This document shows positions 19,300 through 29,700 of a DNA stretch of 64,000 nt, piece by piece. The notes under the pieces were generated by a model. That model saw only the letters and a list, made by a program, of their open reading frames with translations, was not told the DNA's origin and searched no databases. The translations under genes and the position numbers were made by a program. The first letter of the stretch is position 1; every line of letters starts with the position of its first letter. Source of the stretch: an uncultured Spirochaetota bacterium (GTDB taxonomy: Bacteria; Spirochaetota; Spirochaetia; JAFGXN01); NCBI GenBank assembly GCA_944388995.1, contig CALXKN010000008.1, positions 17,160 through 81,159 of the forward strand, in the 5' to 3' direction.

Positions 19300-20655
19300 T
19301 TAAATCCCGGAATTTTCCTGCCCGATTTTCCGTCTCAGCCGGAAAATCAAGGCGGCCGAAATCAAAAGCGTTACGGCTTCGGCGGCGGGAACGGCCGTAT
19401 AAATTCCGTGAATTCCGAACGCTTTCGGGAAAAAGGTCAGAAACAAAACCGGCAGAACCAAGGCCCGCGCTCCGGAAATCAAAAGCGATTCGACGGGCCG
19501 GTGAACGGCCGTCATCCACGCCGAATTAATCATATTAAAACCGATAAAGAAAAACGCAAACCGGATGTACTTCGTAAATTCGCAGCCGATTTCATACGCC
19601 TTCGAAGATTTGTCGTCCAAAAAGAGATGAACCGCCGCGTCGCCGAAAAACGTTAAGAACAGAATACAGCCGGCGGAAAAGGCAAACGCGGTTATCCTCG
19701 AAATTTTTAAAATTCCGCGGATTCGGTCGCGGCGCCCGGCGCCGTAATTGACAGAAACCAACGGAGTAATGGCGTCGCTGACGGCGTACAAAGTCATTTG
19801 CCCGAACCATAAAATGTAATTGATTGCCGTAAAGGCAGCGACCCCGTCCGTACCAAAACCGGCAATCATAATCCGGTTGAAGAGAAAAACCACCACTCCC
19901 GCCGAAATTTCCGACAGAAATTCTGAGGAACCGTTAAACGCCGCCAGAAGCAGTTCATGCCAACGCCCGTCCGGCCGTTTCAGTTTCAGATTTTTCGAGA
20001 AAAAGAGAATGTAAACCAAAAACACGGCTGTCGGTCCGACCGAAGAGAGTCCGGTTGCCAACGCGGCGCCGGAAACGCCCCATTGAAAACCGACAATGAA
20101 CAGCGCGTCCAAAGCAATGTTAATGACAGCCGTCGATAACAAGCCGAACGTTGCCAGCTTCGGTCTGCCGTCAACCCGGATAAACAACGAAAACGTGTAA
20201 ACGAGTCCCCATGTCAGAAAAAACGGACTGACAGCGCGCAAATAAGCGACTGCCAGCGTGTGAAGCGAACCTTCTTTGGCTCCCAAAAAAGAGGTGACTT
20301 CTTCGGCAAAAACGAAAAAGAAAACCGAGAAAAAAATCATAACGGAAGAAACGGCTACAACCGTTTTTGTGAACATGGCGTGCGCTTTATCAAAGCGGTT
20401 TTCACCCAGATATTTTCCGACCCTCACCGATCCGCCGCTGCCGAAAACCAAATTCAGTCCGCTCATCAGCGACATAACGGGGGAAATCAGGTTGACGGCC
20501 GCCAATGACTCTTTTCCGCAAAAATTCCCGACAAACATGGCGTCGATCATGCTCGCCGACGATAACGCCAACAATGAAATGACGTTGGCAATTCCGAATT
20601 TAAAAAAAAGAGGCGTAATGCTTTTTGTCAGAATTTCGTTTTGGTTTTCATTCAT
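19300..20655 (-). CDS. MATE-family efflux transporter
   Basis: 12-TM MATE architecture. The start is probably the internal Met (MNENQ…). The ORF-track start at 20760 would leave only 14 bp to the divergent gene. Confidence 0.7.
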   Translation of the reverse strand: MNENQNEILTKSITPLFFKFGIANVISLLALSSASMIDAMFVGNFCGKESLAAVNLISPVMSLMSGLNLVFGSGGSVRVGKYLGENRFDKAHAMFTKTVVAVSSVMIFFSVFFFVFAEEVTSFLGAKEGSLHTLAVAYLRAVSPFFLTWGLVYTFSLFIRVDGRPKLATFGLLSTAVINIALDALFIVGFQWGVSGAALATGLSSVGPTAVFLVYILFFSKNLKLKRPDGRWHELLLAAFNGSSEFLSEISAGVVVFLFNRIMIAGFGTDGVAAFTAINYILWFGQMTLYAVSDAITPLVSVNYGAGRRDRIRGILKISRITAFAFSAGCILFLTFFGDAAVHLFLDDKSSKAYEIGCEFTKYIRFAFFFIGFNMINSAWMTAVHRPVESLLISGARALVLPVLFLTFFPKAFGIHGIYTAVPAAEAVTLLISAALIFRLRRKIGQENSGI

Positions 20656-20774
20656 AGCCGAAATGTTCGTCATTCTATTAAATTTACTCCGAAAAGTAAA
20701 GCAACGGAATATTTTTTTCTTGTTTTTCAAAAAAATCATGGTATAATTTTGTATAATCAAACAAGAGGTATTTT

Positions 20775-21587
20775 ATGCATCCGTTTTTTTCTCCGAACCC
20801 GGTTGTTTTGGCTCACCGCGGCGATTCAAAACGTTTTCCCGAAAATACGATGCCGGCTTTCCGTTCCGCACTGCAAATGAAAGTCGATGTTATCGAAACC
20901 GACGTTCACATTACAAAAGACGGAACGGTTGTTATCTGGCACGACGACGACTTGTCCCGGCTTTGCGGAGAAGCGGTTCCCGTTTACGAAAAAACCTATG
21001 AACAACTGCTGACGTATGACGCCGGCTGTTTTTACGTTGACGAAAACGGAAACAAACCGTTTGAAGGAAAAGGAATCACGATTGCCCGTTTTGACGAGCT
21101 TCTTGAGGCGGATGCGAATCAAAGAATCAACGTTGACATGAAAGACCCTAAACCGGAACTGGTGCGGGCCATGGCGGATCTGCTGCAGAAATACAACGCG
21201 GCCGGACGGGTTTGCGTAGCGTCGTTCCATCCGCAGAATATCCTGCTTCTGAGAAAAATCATGCCGGAAGCGTTAACGTCTTTTACTTCAAAAGAGGTGG
21301 CAAAATATGTTCTGACTGTCAATTTGGGACTCGGATTTTTATGGAAGCGTTTTCCCTCCTGTGTGTTTCAGATGCCGGAACGGATGCCGGAAACCAAACA
21401 CGGAATCCGGCTGCTGACAAAGCGTTTCATCAGATATTGCCATAAAAGAGACATCAAAATTCAAATTTGGACGATTAACGAAGCCGACGAAATGCGGCGG
21501 CTTTTGGCGATGGGAGTCGACGGATTGTTTACCGATGATCCGTCGCTGATGCTCGAAGTTCTGAAACGGCCGGTTCAAAATCCATGA
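20775..21587 (+). CDS. glpQ: Glycerophosphodiester phosphodiesterase
   Basis: GDPD motifs HRGxxxxxPENT and E.D.H.TKDG. Confidence 0.85.
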   Translation: MHPFFSPNPVVLAHRGDSKRFPENTMPAFRSALQMKVDVIETDVHITKDGTVVIWHDDDLSRLCGEAVPVYEKTYEQLLTYDAGCFYVDENGNKPFEGKGITIARFDELLEADANQRINVDMKDPKPELVRAMADLLQKYNAAGRVCVASFHPQNILLLRKIMPEALTSFTSKEVAKYVLTVNLGLGFLWKRFPSCVFQMPERMPETKHGIRLLTKRFIRYCHKRDIKIQIWTINEADEMRRLLAMGVDGLFTDDPSLMLEVLKRPVQNP

Positions 21588-22246
21588 CACTTTCAATCAC
21601 CGGTATTCTGATTCTCTTTGCCCTTTACGCTTTTTTGCTGGCGGATATTTTTGCCATTTCGTTTCACAAACCGTATTTACGGTGGGTTTTGGGGAAACCG
21701 GAACTGATGCCGATTCTGGCGCTGTTCTACTGGTACAATGCGCCGGAAATCAACCCGTTTATTATGGCGGCACTGTTCTTCGGATGGATCGGGGATCTTT
21801 TTCTTCTGAAAAAAGAAAAAACGGTATGTTTCCTTGCCGGAACGGGAGCTTTTCTCATCGGACATATTTTTTACATTCTGACCTTTGCCGAAATTTCCGG
21901 GTTTTACAAAACCGTTCCGCCGTTTGCATGGCTGATTTTAGCGGTCGGAATCGTTTTGTTGTTCGCCGCTTACTTTATTGTTCTTCAATACAAAAAAATT
22001 ATGATCCTTCCCGGACTGATTTATTATTCAGCCGTTATTTTTCTGAATTTCACTATTGCCTGTTGTTATTCTCATTTAAATCAAACGGCTTTCACTGTGA
22101 CGCTTTTAGGAAGTCTGCTTTTTTTGATTTCCGACTCACTCTTGGCTTTGCGCTCCATCGCCAAAAAACTGCCGCCGCATACGCCGTTGATTATTCTGAC
22201 TTATGTACCGGCTCAGTTTTTATTGATTATGGGAACGCTGCTGTAA
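21584..22246 (+). CDS. YhhN-family membrane protein (lysoplasmalogenase-like)
   Basis: Seven to eight TM helices with YhhN-like conserved acidic residues. Overlaps glpQ by 4 nt. Confidence 0.5.
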   Translation: MTLSITGILILFALYAFLLADIFAISFHKPYLRWVLGKPELMPILALFYWYNAPEINPFIMAALFFGWIGDLFLLKKEKTVCFLAGTGAFLIGHIFYILTFAEISGFYKTVPPFAWLILAVGIVLLFAAYFIVLQYKKIMILPGLIYYSAVIFLNFTIACCYSHLNQTAFTVTLLGSLLFLISDSLLALRSIAKKLPPHTPLIILTYVPAQFLLIMGTLL

Positions 22247-22248
22247 TT

Positions 22249-23049
22249 TTACCGCCACAAATAAATTTTGTACAATTTCCTCGCATAAAAATAATAGACC
22301 GCAAAATACAGAACCGTCAGAACCGCCAGAACGGGAAGCCGGTTCAAGCTGTAAATCGCCAGAAACAGGAACGAAAAAACCAGCTCGGAAAACATCAGCA
22401 GCAAATTGTCTTTCAGAGTGTTGACCTTCCGATCCGCCAGATAAATAACAGCCGTCAGCAATTCCAAAAGAATAAAAAGCAGACAAATGTACAAAAGAAC
22501 ATAAGAACGGTAATAAAGTTCCTTTCCAACGGTTGCCGAATCAATCGGAATCAGAACGGAAAGAAACGCGAATCCGACAAGCAGAACGTAAAAAATGACA
22601 TCAAACCGGTTGTTTTCGCTTCCCAGAGAAAAAAACGCGCCGCAAAACGAGTAGAGCGGAACCAGCAAAATCACCGCATAAAAAATTTTCATCCCGTAAA
22701 CGAAGAAAAAATCAAGTCCGGTTAAAATCGGATAATTCAGAAAAAATGTCTTTAAGTGAATGAACAACAGAACAAAAAGGGACAGAATATGGAAAAAAAT
22801 CTCATTGGACATAATCGTGCGGAACCGGTAATAAGTCAGTCCGATAAAACCGTAAATGAGAATCGTCAGAACAAAGAGAAAAACATAAAACGCTGCTATC
22901 GAAAAAAAATCGGGAAAATCGGCAAAACGGTAATCGTAATGGCTGCGGTTCGTCAAAAAAAAGACAAAGTTGAAAACCGATAGCAGCGGCAAAAAAAGTC
23001 CCGCCGCAAAAACGATTTTCAGCAATCGGTTGCGCATTCGGAGTGTCAT
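22249..23049 (-). CDS. Polytopic membrane protein, unknown function
   Basis: 266 aa, hydrophobic. Confidence 0.5.
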   Translation of the reverse strand: MTLRMRNRLLKIVFAAGLFLPLLSVFNFVFFLTNRSHYDYRFADFPDFFSIAAFYVFLFVLTILIYGFIGLTYYRFRTIMSNEIFFHILSLFVLLFIHLKTFFLNYPILTGLDFFFVYGMKIFYAVILLVPLYSFCGAFFSLGSENNRFDVIFYVLLVGFAFLSVLIPIDSATVGKELYYRSYVLLYICLLFILLELLTAVIYLADRKVNTLKDNLLLMFSELVFSFLFLAIYSLNRLPVLAVLTVLYFAVYYFYARKLYKIYLWR

Positions 23050-23126
23050 ACTTCATTATTATAAAAAAACGAAAATCATTCAAGGATTTTTTCGTTTTGT
23101 TCGATAATATAAAGACGGGAGGTTCC

Positions 23127-23804
23127 ATGAAGAAATTCGTTTTTATCGCTTTTTGTCTGCTGTCCGCGTTTTCGGCAACCGCAAACGATGTCGCTTCTTT
23201 TGCCAATTTAGGTTTTTCAAATGATTCCCGGTTCTTTTTGTTTGCCGAAACGGGGCAAAATCTCGAAAAAGGGCAAATTTACGCCAACGGATATTTGGTT
23301 GACGTTGTTAAAAATCAGTTTGTCAGAAACGGTATAAAAAAAGCCGTTTACGAAGGATCGGTCAATGCCGGTTATTCCGATGCGGGCGCTTTATTTAATT
23401 TACTTGCCGAATGGAACAATTTTTTGAAACCGTACGCCATCAACCATTTGAACACCGGCCGTTTGATTTATTCGTTGGAACCGGGAGCCGAAGCGAAGAA
23501 CGTTTTGACTTACCGTGATTTTTTTACAAAGAAAAATTACGAAATCGAGCTGAACCAAATGAAAATCGAAAATCCGTTAAAGTCGTCGTTTTTCATTTCA
23601 GTGAAGGTGACGGACGCCGACGGAAACCGGCTGGCGAAAGCGGTCGGAATGCCCGATTTTCAGCGGGAAAATGTTTCCGATTACTTTATCCGGCAAGTCA
23701 TCATATCTCCGGATAACAAACAGATCGTATTTGTAATAGCAAAAACCGTTATTATTGACGGAGAGACCTCCATTCGTTATATGGTGGAAACGCTTTCGTT
23801 ATAA
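23127..23804 (+). CDS. Secreted hypothetical protein
   Basis: Signal peptide MKKFVFIAFCLLSAFSATA. The start is set at this Met rather than the ORF-track start at 23043. Confidence 0.5.
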   Translation: MKKFVFIAFCLLSAFSATANDVASFANLGFSNDSRFFLFAETGQNLEKGQIYANGYLVDVVKNQFVRNGIKKAVYEGSVNAGYSDAGALFNLLAEWNNFLKPYAINHLNTGRLIYSLEPGAEAKNVLTYRDFFTKKNYEIELNQMKIENPLKSSFFISVKVTDADGNRLAKAVGMPDFQRENVSDYFIRQVIISPDNKQIVFVIAKTVIIDGETSIRYMVETLSL

Positions 23805-23855
23805 TATTGTCTTTGAAAGAAGAACGACGCTTTTGTGAAAACCTTTTCGGTATCG

Positions 23856-23884
23856 TTGACAAAACGCCGTTCTCTCTTTATAAT
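23856..23884 (+). promoter_or_regulatory. Consensus sigma70 promoter (TTGACA-17-TATAAT) driving tRNA-Ser/SRP RNA/dnaX
   Basis: Exact -35 and -10 hexamers with a 17-bp spacer. Ends 9 nt before the tRNA 5' end. Confidence 0.6.
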
Positions 23885-23893
23885 AATTCCATT

Positions 23894-23980
23894 GGAGAGA
23901 TGTCCGAGTGGTTTAAGGTGCACGCTTGGAAAGCGTGTGTACGGTAACACGTACCGGGGGTTCGAATCCCCCTCTTTCCG
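23894..23980 (+). tRNA. tRNA-Ser (anticodon GGA)
   Basis: Cloverleaf with acceptor GGAGAGA/TCTTTCC, anticodon stem cacgc/gcgtg with loop ttGGAaa, long variable arm (gtacggtaacacgtac), and T-arm ggggGTTCGAATCcccc. Confidence 0.9.
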
Positions 23981-23983
23981 TTT

Positions 23984-24090
23984 CCCTTGGGTAAGACGGC
24001 AGACAAATCGGAGCGGCTCAACCCTGCCAGGTTCGGAAGAAAGCAACAGTCGGCTGTTTCCGGTTGTGCCTGTTTTGTTTTATTCAAGGG
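23984..24090 (+). ncRNA. ffs: Signal recognition particle RNA (small/4.5S-type)
   Basis: Domain-IV motif ccAGGuuCGGAAgaAAGCAaCag (GGAA tetraloop flanked by AGG and AAGCA). Terminal helix CCCTTG…CAAGGG. Position immediately 5' of dnaX, as in Bacillus. Confidence 0.6.
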
Positions 24091-24108
24091 TTTTCTTTGG
24101 GAAAAGCC

Positions 24109-25830
24109 ATGTCCTACGAAGTCACAGCCATCCGAAAGCGTCCCCATACCTTTGAATCCCTCGTCGGGCAGGAATTTGTTGTCTCTGCCTTAACGAATTC
24201 CATTGCCAACGGAAATTTTGCCCGCGCCTACCTTTTTTCCGGTCCCCACGGGGTCGGAAAAACATCCGTTGCGCGTATTTTGGCGGCCGCTTTAAACTGT
24301 GAACACGGTCCGACGCCCCATCCGTGCTGCCGGTGCGCTTCCTGCAAAGAAATCATTGCCGGCAATTCCCTTGACGTTACCGAAATTGACGGTGCTTCCA
24401 ACACATCAGTCAGCGATATCCGCGTGATAAAAGACGAAATTCTTTTTCCTCCGAATTCATCGCGTTTTAAAATCTATATTATTGACGAAGTTCATATGCT
24501 TTCCAACAGCGCGTTCAACGCTTTATTGAAAACCATTGAAGAGCCGCCTGAACACGTTGTTTTTATTTTCGCCACAACCGAAGTTCACAAAGTTTTGCCG
24601 ACCATCCGCAGCCGCTGCCAGCAGTTTCATTTCCGGTTAATCGATACCGACGTCGTTAAAAATCTGCTGAAGGACCGCTGTCTGGAAAGAACCATCCGTT
24701 TCGAAGACGACGCCCTGCTCTGGATTGCGAAGGAAGCGGCCGGTTCCGTGCGCGATGCCTATATGCTTTTCGATCAGATTTTAACCTTTTCTAATGGAGA
24801 AATAACGCTTCAAAAAATCCGGGAAAACATGGGCGTCATCGGGTTCGACCGTATCAACGATTTGGTCGTGCTGATGGCGGAGGGAAAGGAAAAAGAAGTC
24901 TTGGAAACCGCTTCCGCAATTCTTTCAGCCGGCGTTTCCATCGAACAATTAATCAACGATTTGGCCGAATATTTCCGCGGAATTCTGCTGATAAAAACCG
25001 GTATTGAAAAGGAATCTTTAATCGGAGTGCGGAAAGACCGTTATCATGCGGAAGCCGTCGGGGCATTCTCCGTTTCCGGAGTCGAAAACGCTTTATCCCT
25101 TCTGTTTTCTCTTTACAGGGATATCCGCTTTTCCGTCAACCCCCGATTTGAATTGGAATTGATTTTAAGCCGTTTATCCCGTCTAAAAGATTTTCTGACA
25201 AAAACGGAAATTTTGGAAGAACTCGGCATTCTGAAGCAACAGCTTTTAAAACAGATTTCCCTGCACGGCTCGTCCGTTTCTGTACCGGAAAAAGAGAGGG
25301 AAATTCCTGCTAAAACAACGGAGCGTCCTCCTGCCGAAGACTTGCTGTCGTCTCCGGCCGAAACGGTTTTCCGCCAACCGCCTGCCGGGTTCGCGCAACG
25401 GTCGGAGCAACCGCTGCCGGCGGCCGCGGAAACACACTCTGCCGGCGGAACGGCGGAACGGCCGCTGACCTCAAAAGAAATTCTGCCGCTTTTAATCCGG
25501 ATTGCGGTCGAAAACAAAAAACCTCTTTTGAAAACCGTCCTGTCGGAAATCAAAAAAGCGCACGCCGACGGAACGCGGCTGACGCTTTACTGTAAAAATG
25601 ATTACGGCCGGGATGCGGTTTGCCAATCGGCTCCGCTGCTTGAAAGAGAGGTTTTTGAGAAAACCGGTATCGCTTACAAAATCGACGCGGAAACCGCCCC
25701 CGATTTATCGGCCAACCTTCAGACGCCGTCGGAAGCGGCCGAACTCGAACTTTTCAGGCAGGTCTTCAACGCCGAACCGGTCGGGAAGAATCCTGTTCCT
25801 TCCGCAGAAAGCGGGGACTTGAATTTTTAA
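24109..25830 (+). CDS. dnaX: DNA polymerase III subunits gamma/tau
   Basis: Walker A GPHGVGKT, Zn module CxxC…CxxC, SRC motif, and clamp-loader boxes. Confidence 0.9.
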   Translation: MSYEVTAIRKRPHTFESLVGQEFVVSALTNSIANGNFARAYLFSGPHGVGKTSVARILAAALNCEHGPTPHPCCRCASCKEIIAGNSLDVTEIDGASNTSVSDIRVIKDEILFPPNSSRFKIYIIDEVHMLSNSAFNALLKTIEEPPEHVVFIFATTEVHKVLPTIRSRCQQFHFRLIDTDVVKNLLKDRCLERTIRFEDDALLWIAKEAAGSVRDAYMLFDQILTFSNGEITLQKIRENMGVIGFDRINDLVVLMAEGKEKEVLETASAILSAGVSIEQLINDLAEYFRGILLIKTGIEKESLIGVRKDRYHAEAVGAFSVSGVENALSLLFSLYRDIRFSVNPRFELELILSRLSRLKDFLTKTEILEELGILKQQLLKQISLHGSSVSVPEKEREIPAKTTERPPAEDLLSSPAETVFRQPPAGFAQRSEQPLPAAAETHSAGGTAERPLTSKEILPLLIRIAVENKKPLLKTVLSEIKKAHADGTRLTLYCKNDYGRDAVCQSAPLLEREVFEKTGIAYKIDAETAPDLSANLQTPSEAAELELFRQVFNAEPVGKNPVPSAESGDLNF

Positions 25831-25853
25831 CCGAAATTCTCTTTAATACCGGT

Positions 25854-26174
25854 ATGAATCCTTTTGAAGCCTTTAAAAATTTAGGAAAAATCCAGTCCCA
25901 AATGAAAGAAATTCAGGATAAACTTGACCGCCTGTCTGAAACGGGATGTTCATTGGGGGAAACCGTCCGTGTCACACTGAACGGAAAATTTGAAATGACC
26001 GACATTCAGATCGATCCCACGTCTCTGAAGCCGGAAGATTGGGATTTGCTTCCGCCGCTCATCAAAGCCGCCCACGCCGACGCCGTTGAAAAAATTCGCA
26101 GCGCCGTGCAACGAGAAACGGCCGCTTTAACCGGCAGTTTAAATATTCCCGGTTTTCCCGGATTCGGAATGTGA
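25854..26174 (+). CDS. ybaB: Nucleoid-associated protein YbaB/EbfC
   Basis: 106 aa. Conserved position between dnaX and recR. Confidence 0.85.
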   Translation: MNPFEAFKNLGKIQSQMKEIQDKLDRLSETGCSLGETVRVTLNGKFEMTDIQIDPTSLKPEDWDLLPPLIKAAHADAVEKIRSAVQRETAALTGSLNIPGFPGFGM

Positions 26175-26175
26175 A

Positions 26176-26760
26176 ATGGACGCGCTTGACGCTTTGGCAC
26201 TCAGTTTTTCCAAACTGCCGGGAATCGGCCGCAAAAGCGCCCGGCGGATTGCTTTCTCGCTTTTAAAAACCGATGACCGTTTCAACGCGCTTTTGGCTTC
26301 TCAAATCATTGAACTGAAAGAAAAAATCCGGGAGTGTTCGGTTTGCGGCGCTTACTGCGAAGGAGAAATTTGTCCGATTTGCGATAACCCGCAGCGGGAC
26401 AGAACTCAAATCTGCGTTGTGGAACAGTCATCCGATTCGGCTTCGATTGAAAGCACGGGAGAATTCCACGGTCTGTACCACGTTCTGCACGGAACCATTT
26501 CCCCGCTGGACGGCGTCGGCCCTCAGGATCTGACCATTGACAAGCTGCTCAGGCGGTGCGACGGAACCGTCAGAGAGGTGATCATTGCAACAAACGCAAC
26601 GGTTGAAGGCGACACGACAGCGCTTTACCTTGTTTCATTGTTAAAAGAAAAAAACGTCAAAGTTTCCCGATTGGCATCGGGGCTTCCTGTCGGAGGCGAT
26701 TTGGAATACATCGACAAAATCACGCTTTCCCGCTCGCTGCGGGGACGAATTGAATTTTAA
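26176..26760 (+). CDS. recR: Recombination protein RecR
   Basis: HhH (LPGIGRKSARRIAF), C4 zinc finger (CSVCGAYCEGEICPIC) and Toprim domain. Confidence 0.9.
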   Translation: MDALDALALSFSKLPGIGRKSARRIAFSLLKTDDRFNALLASQIIELKEKIRECSVCGAYCEGEICPICDNPQRDRTQICVVEQSSDSASIESTGEFHGLYHVLHGTISPLDGVGPQDLTIDKLLRRCDGTVREVIIATNATVEGDTTALYLVSLLKEKNVKVSRLASGLPVGGDLEYIDKITLSRSLRGRIEF

Positions 26761-26773
26761 CGCTTTGAATCGC

Positions 26774-29700
26774 TTATTCAGTCAGTTGCTGAACAAGAAG
26801 ATCCATTCGGTATTCAGCCGCTTCAAACGCCGACAGATGACGGAAAAATTCTTTTGCCGCCTTTTCGGGCGCGGCACCGCTCAAAACGCGGTAAAAAGCA
26901 AAAACCGCAATCAAATCAAGCATTTTTTCGCCGCGGAACCAATACTTTTCCCGGTACAGATTGACTTCCGCAAACGACAAGATTTTTTTATCTTTTAAAG
27001 CGGAAGCAAGCGTTTTATCTTTGCGGCACAACAACCGCGCAAAAACCGACAGCAAAGCGAATGTCCGGCTGCGATCTGCCTTAACGGAAGAGCGGCCGTT
27101 CAATGCTTCGAAAACCGTTTCAAACAGAATCTGTCCGTTTAAAAACTCTTCGGTCTCGGGAATACCGGCTAAAAGAGACAAAGCGGCGGTAAACGTCCAC
27201 TCTTCATGATAACCGATAAGAGAAGCCAACCACTCTGTTTGTGACGGAGAGGCGTCCGAAAGCGTTTGAGCAATTTTACCGAGCTTTTCGCAATTTTTCC
27301 CGATTCGGCTGAAAATCCGTTCCTTCCGGGTAAAAAGCGTCTGAAAGCGTTCTTTTTCTTTCAGTTTTTCGGCTGCCTTTTCGGTCTCTTTCCGGATTTT
27401 TTCGTCAAATTTCCACTGCGGAAGCTTTCCGGTTTTTTTTCCGAGAACAACGGCCGTCAGTTTTTCAAAATTCGCTTTATTTTTGTCAAAAAACGGTCTG
27501 AAAAATGCCGAAACTGCTTCAAATTCGAGTTTTTCAGCTTCAAACGCGACATCTTCGCAGCCGCTGCCGTTTAACTTCGCTCTCAGATTTTCATAACGGC
27601 CATCGAAATCTTCAACGATATGAAAATCGGTGAACAACTGATATTCGTAACCTGCCAAAAGGCAAAACAAACCGTTGTCAACCAGATCGCGAGCAGAACG
27701 AATGTACGACAAGCTTTTAATGAAATCGGTAAAAATAACATACCGCCGCTCCGTCTCTTCTATTCCGATAAAATCAGCCAACACAGTGTGTTTCATTTGC
27801 CCATCAGCTTTGTCTTTATATAAAACAGTGTGTTTTATGGTTCCGGCTGTTGATTCGTATTTATTGTTGTAAACAACCAATGCGTTTTCGTTACCGCATT
27901 TATTGGAATAGGCAAAAACATTTTCGTTTAGTCGTCCTTCGGTATCATTGAAATTGTAAAGCCGAAAATTGACGACTTCCGAAAATAGATAGCGTTTGCG
28001 AAAAATGGGGAAAATTTCCCTTTCATGCCGGTCTATCAGCCACTGATCGGGTTTTTCGTCCCATTGCGGACGGGAAAATTCCATTCCGTACTTTTCGTAA
28101 AAACCTTCGATTTGACCGTGACCGATCATCGGTAAACCCGGCATGGTTGCCAGGAGCAGACAAACTCCGAAGTATTTATCTCCTTTTCCGAATTGTTCGG
28201 CAGCAGTCTTTTCATCGGGATTGTTCATGAAATTAACATACCGCTTGAGAATATCGGGATCAAACTCCAGTGTTTCCCGAATCAAATAACGGTATTTCGC
28301 ATTTTCTTCTTTTTTGAGCATATTCATAAAAGCGCTGTTGTAAACGCGGTGCATTCCGAGAGTCCGGACAAAATAACCTTCCATCATCCAGAACGCTTCC
28401 GCCAACAGCAGTGTGTCGGGAACTTCCGCCGCCACTCGATCAACCACTTCCCGCCAAAACTCCTGCGGCATAGCTTTATTGAAATCAACCGTCAGCATTC
28501 CGTGTTCGGCACGCGTCGGAATATCTCCGCCTTGCCCGGGAGCAGGGAACCACAGCCGCTGAATGTGACGCTTGGCAAGCGTCATTGCCGCGTCAAAACG
28601 GATAATTGGAAAATTGCGGGCCACATGAAGAATCACCTGAATGACTGCTTCTTTTGCTTCCGTATTCAAAAAATTAATTTGCGCCGTATCGTTCCACGGC
28701 AAACCGGTCCCGTCGTTTCCATGGTAAATGTAACGGTTTTCATTTTTGTTTTTATCGTAGCGGCGGAACACAACGGCGCAGTCTTCTTTGCTGTAATATT
28801 TATCTTCGATTTGAACCGTAATGTTCGGATCGCCGCTCAGATCGGGTCCGTTAAAGTTGTACTGCGGATACGGATTCTCCGGCAGCTGAAGAAACCAATC
28901 CGGATGGATACTGATCCACCGCGAATCGATGGCCGTATGATTGGGAACCATGTCAGCCGAAAGCCGAATTCCCCGTTTGGAACACCGCTCTTTTAAACGT
29001 GTCAACGCCGGCCAACCGCCGAGCGAAGCGGCAATTTCGTAATCGTAAAGGGAATAAGCTGAAGCTTCCGCATCCGGATTTCCGCAAATCTGTTTGATAC
29101 GCTTGGAAGCGGCACTTCGTTCCCACAAACCGATCAGCCATAATGCTGTAATTCCTCTATCCCGTAAAATATCCAATTCGGCGTCAGGAATTTGATCCAA
29201 ACGGCGGATTTCTTTTTCGTATTTTTGCGACAGCTGCGAAAGCCAAACCAGAGTGCTTTTAGCAATCATAATGACTTTTGGCATCCAGTCGCGGTCTTCA
29301 CTGTACGCTTCAAATTCATCCAGTCCCAACCCGTAATCCGGAATTTCCGATGAACCCTCTTCGCCGCCGCTCCAAGGAAGTTTGTAATCTTCCTTGAGCA
29401 TATTGAGCGCCAGCTGCAGATCGAACAAAAAATCGGGAATTAAATCTGCCCAATTTTCAGCAATAAACGCCAACTGATCAAAAATCGAATTTGGAAAGCG
29501 CTTAAACGGTTCCCTTAAAAAATCATCAAATGAAAGCCCTTTCAATTTTCCTGAAGTTTTAAAAACCGCAGCATCGCTTTTGATTTTTTTCCGGTACAGA
29601 CTGTTTTGAAGAAGTTTTGTATTATCAAAAACCGGTTTGTATCTTAAAAGAGCCGGATTTTCATTATTTAAATCAATAATCAGGGATTTAACAAAAAATC

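Noticed and set aside
21682-22725. 347-aa plus-strand ORF
   Set aside because: Overlaps yhhN in another frame and is antisense to the 22249-23049 membrane protein. Arg/Lys/Gln-rich nonsense composition.
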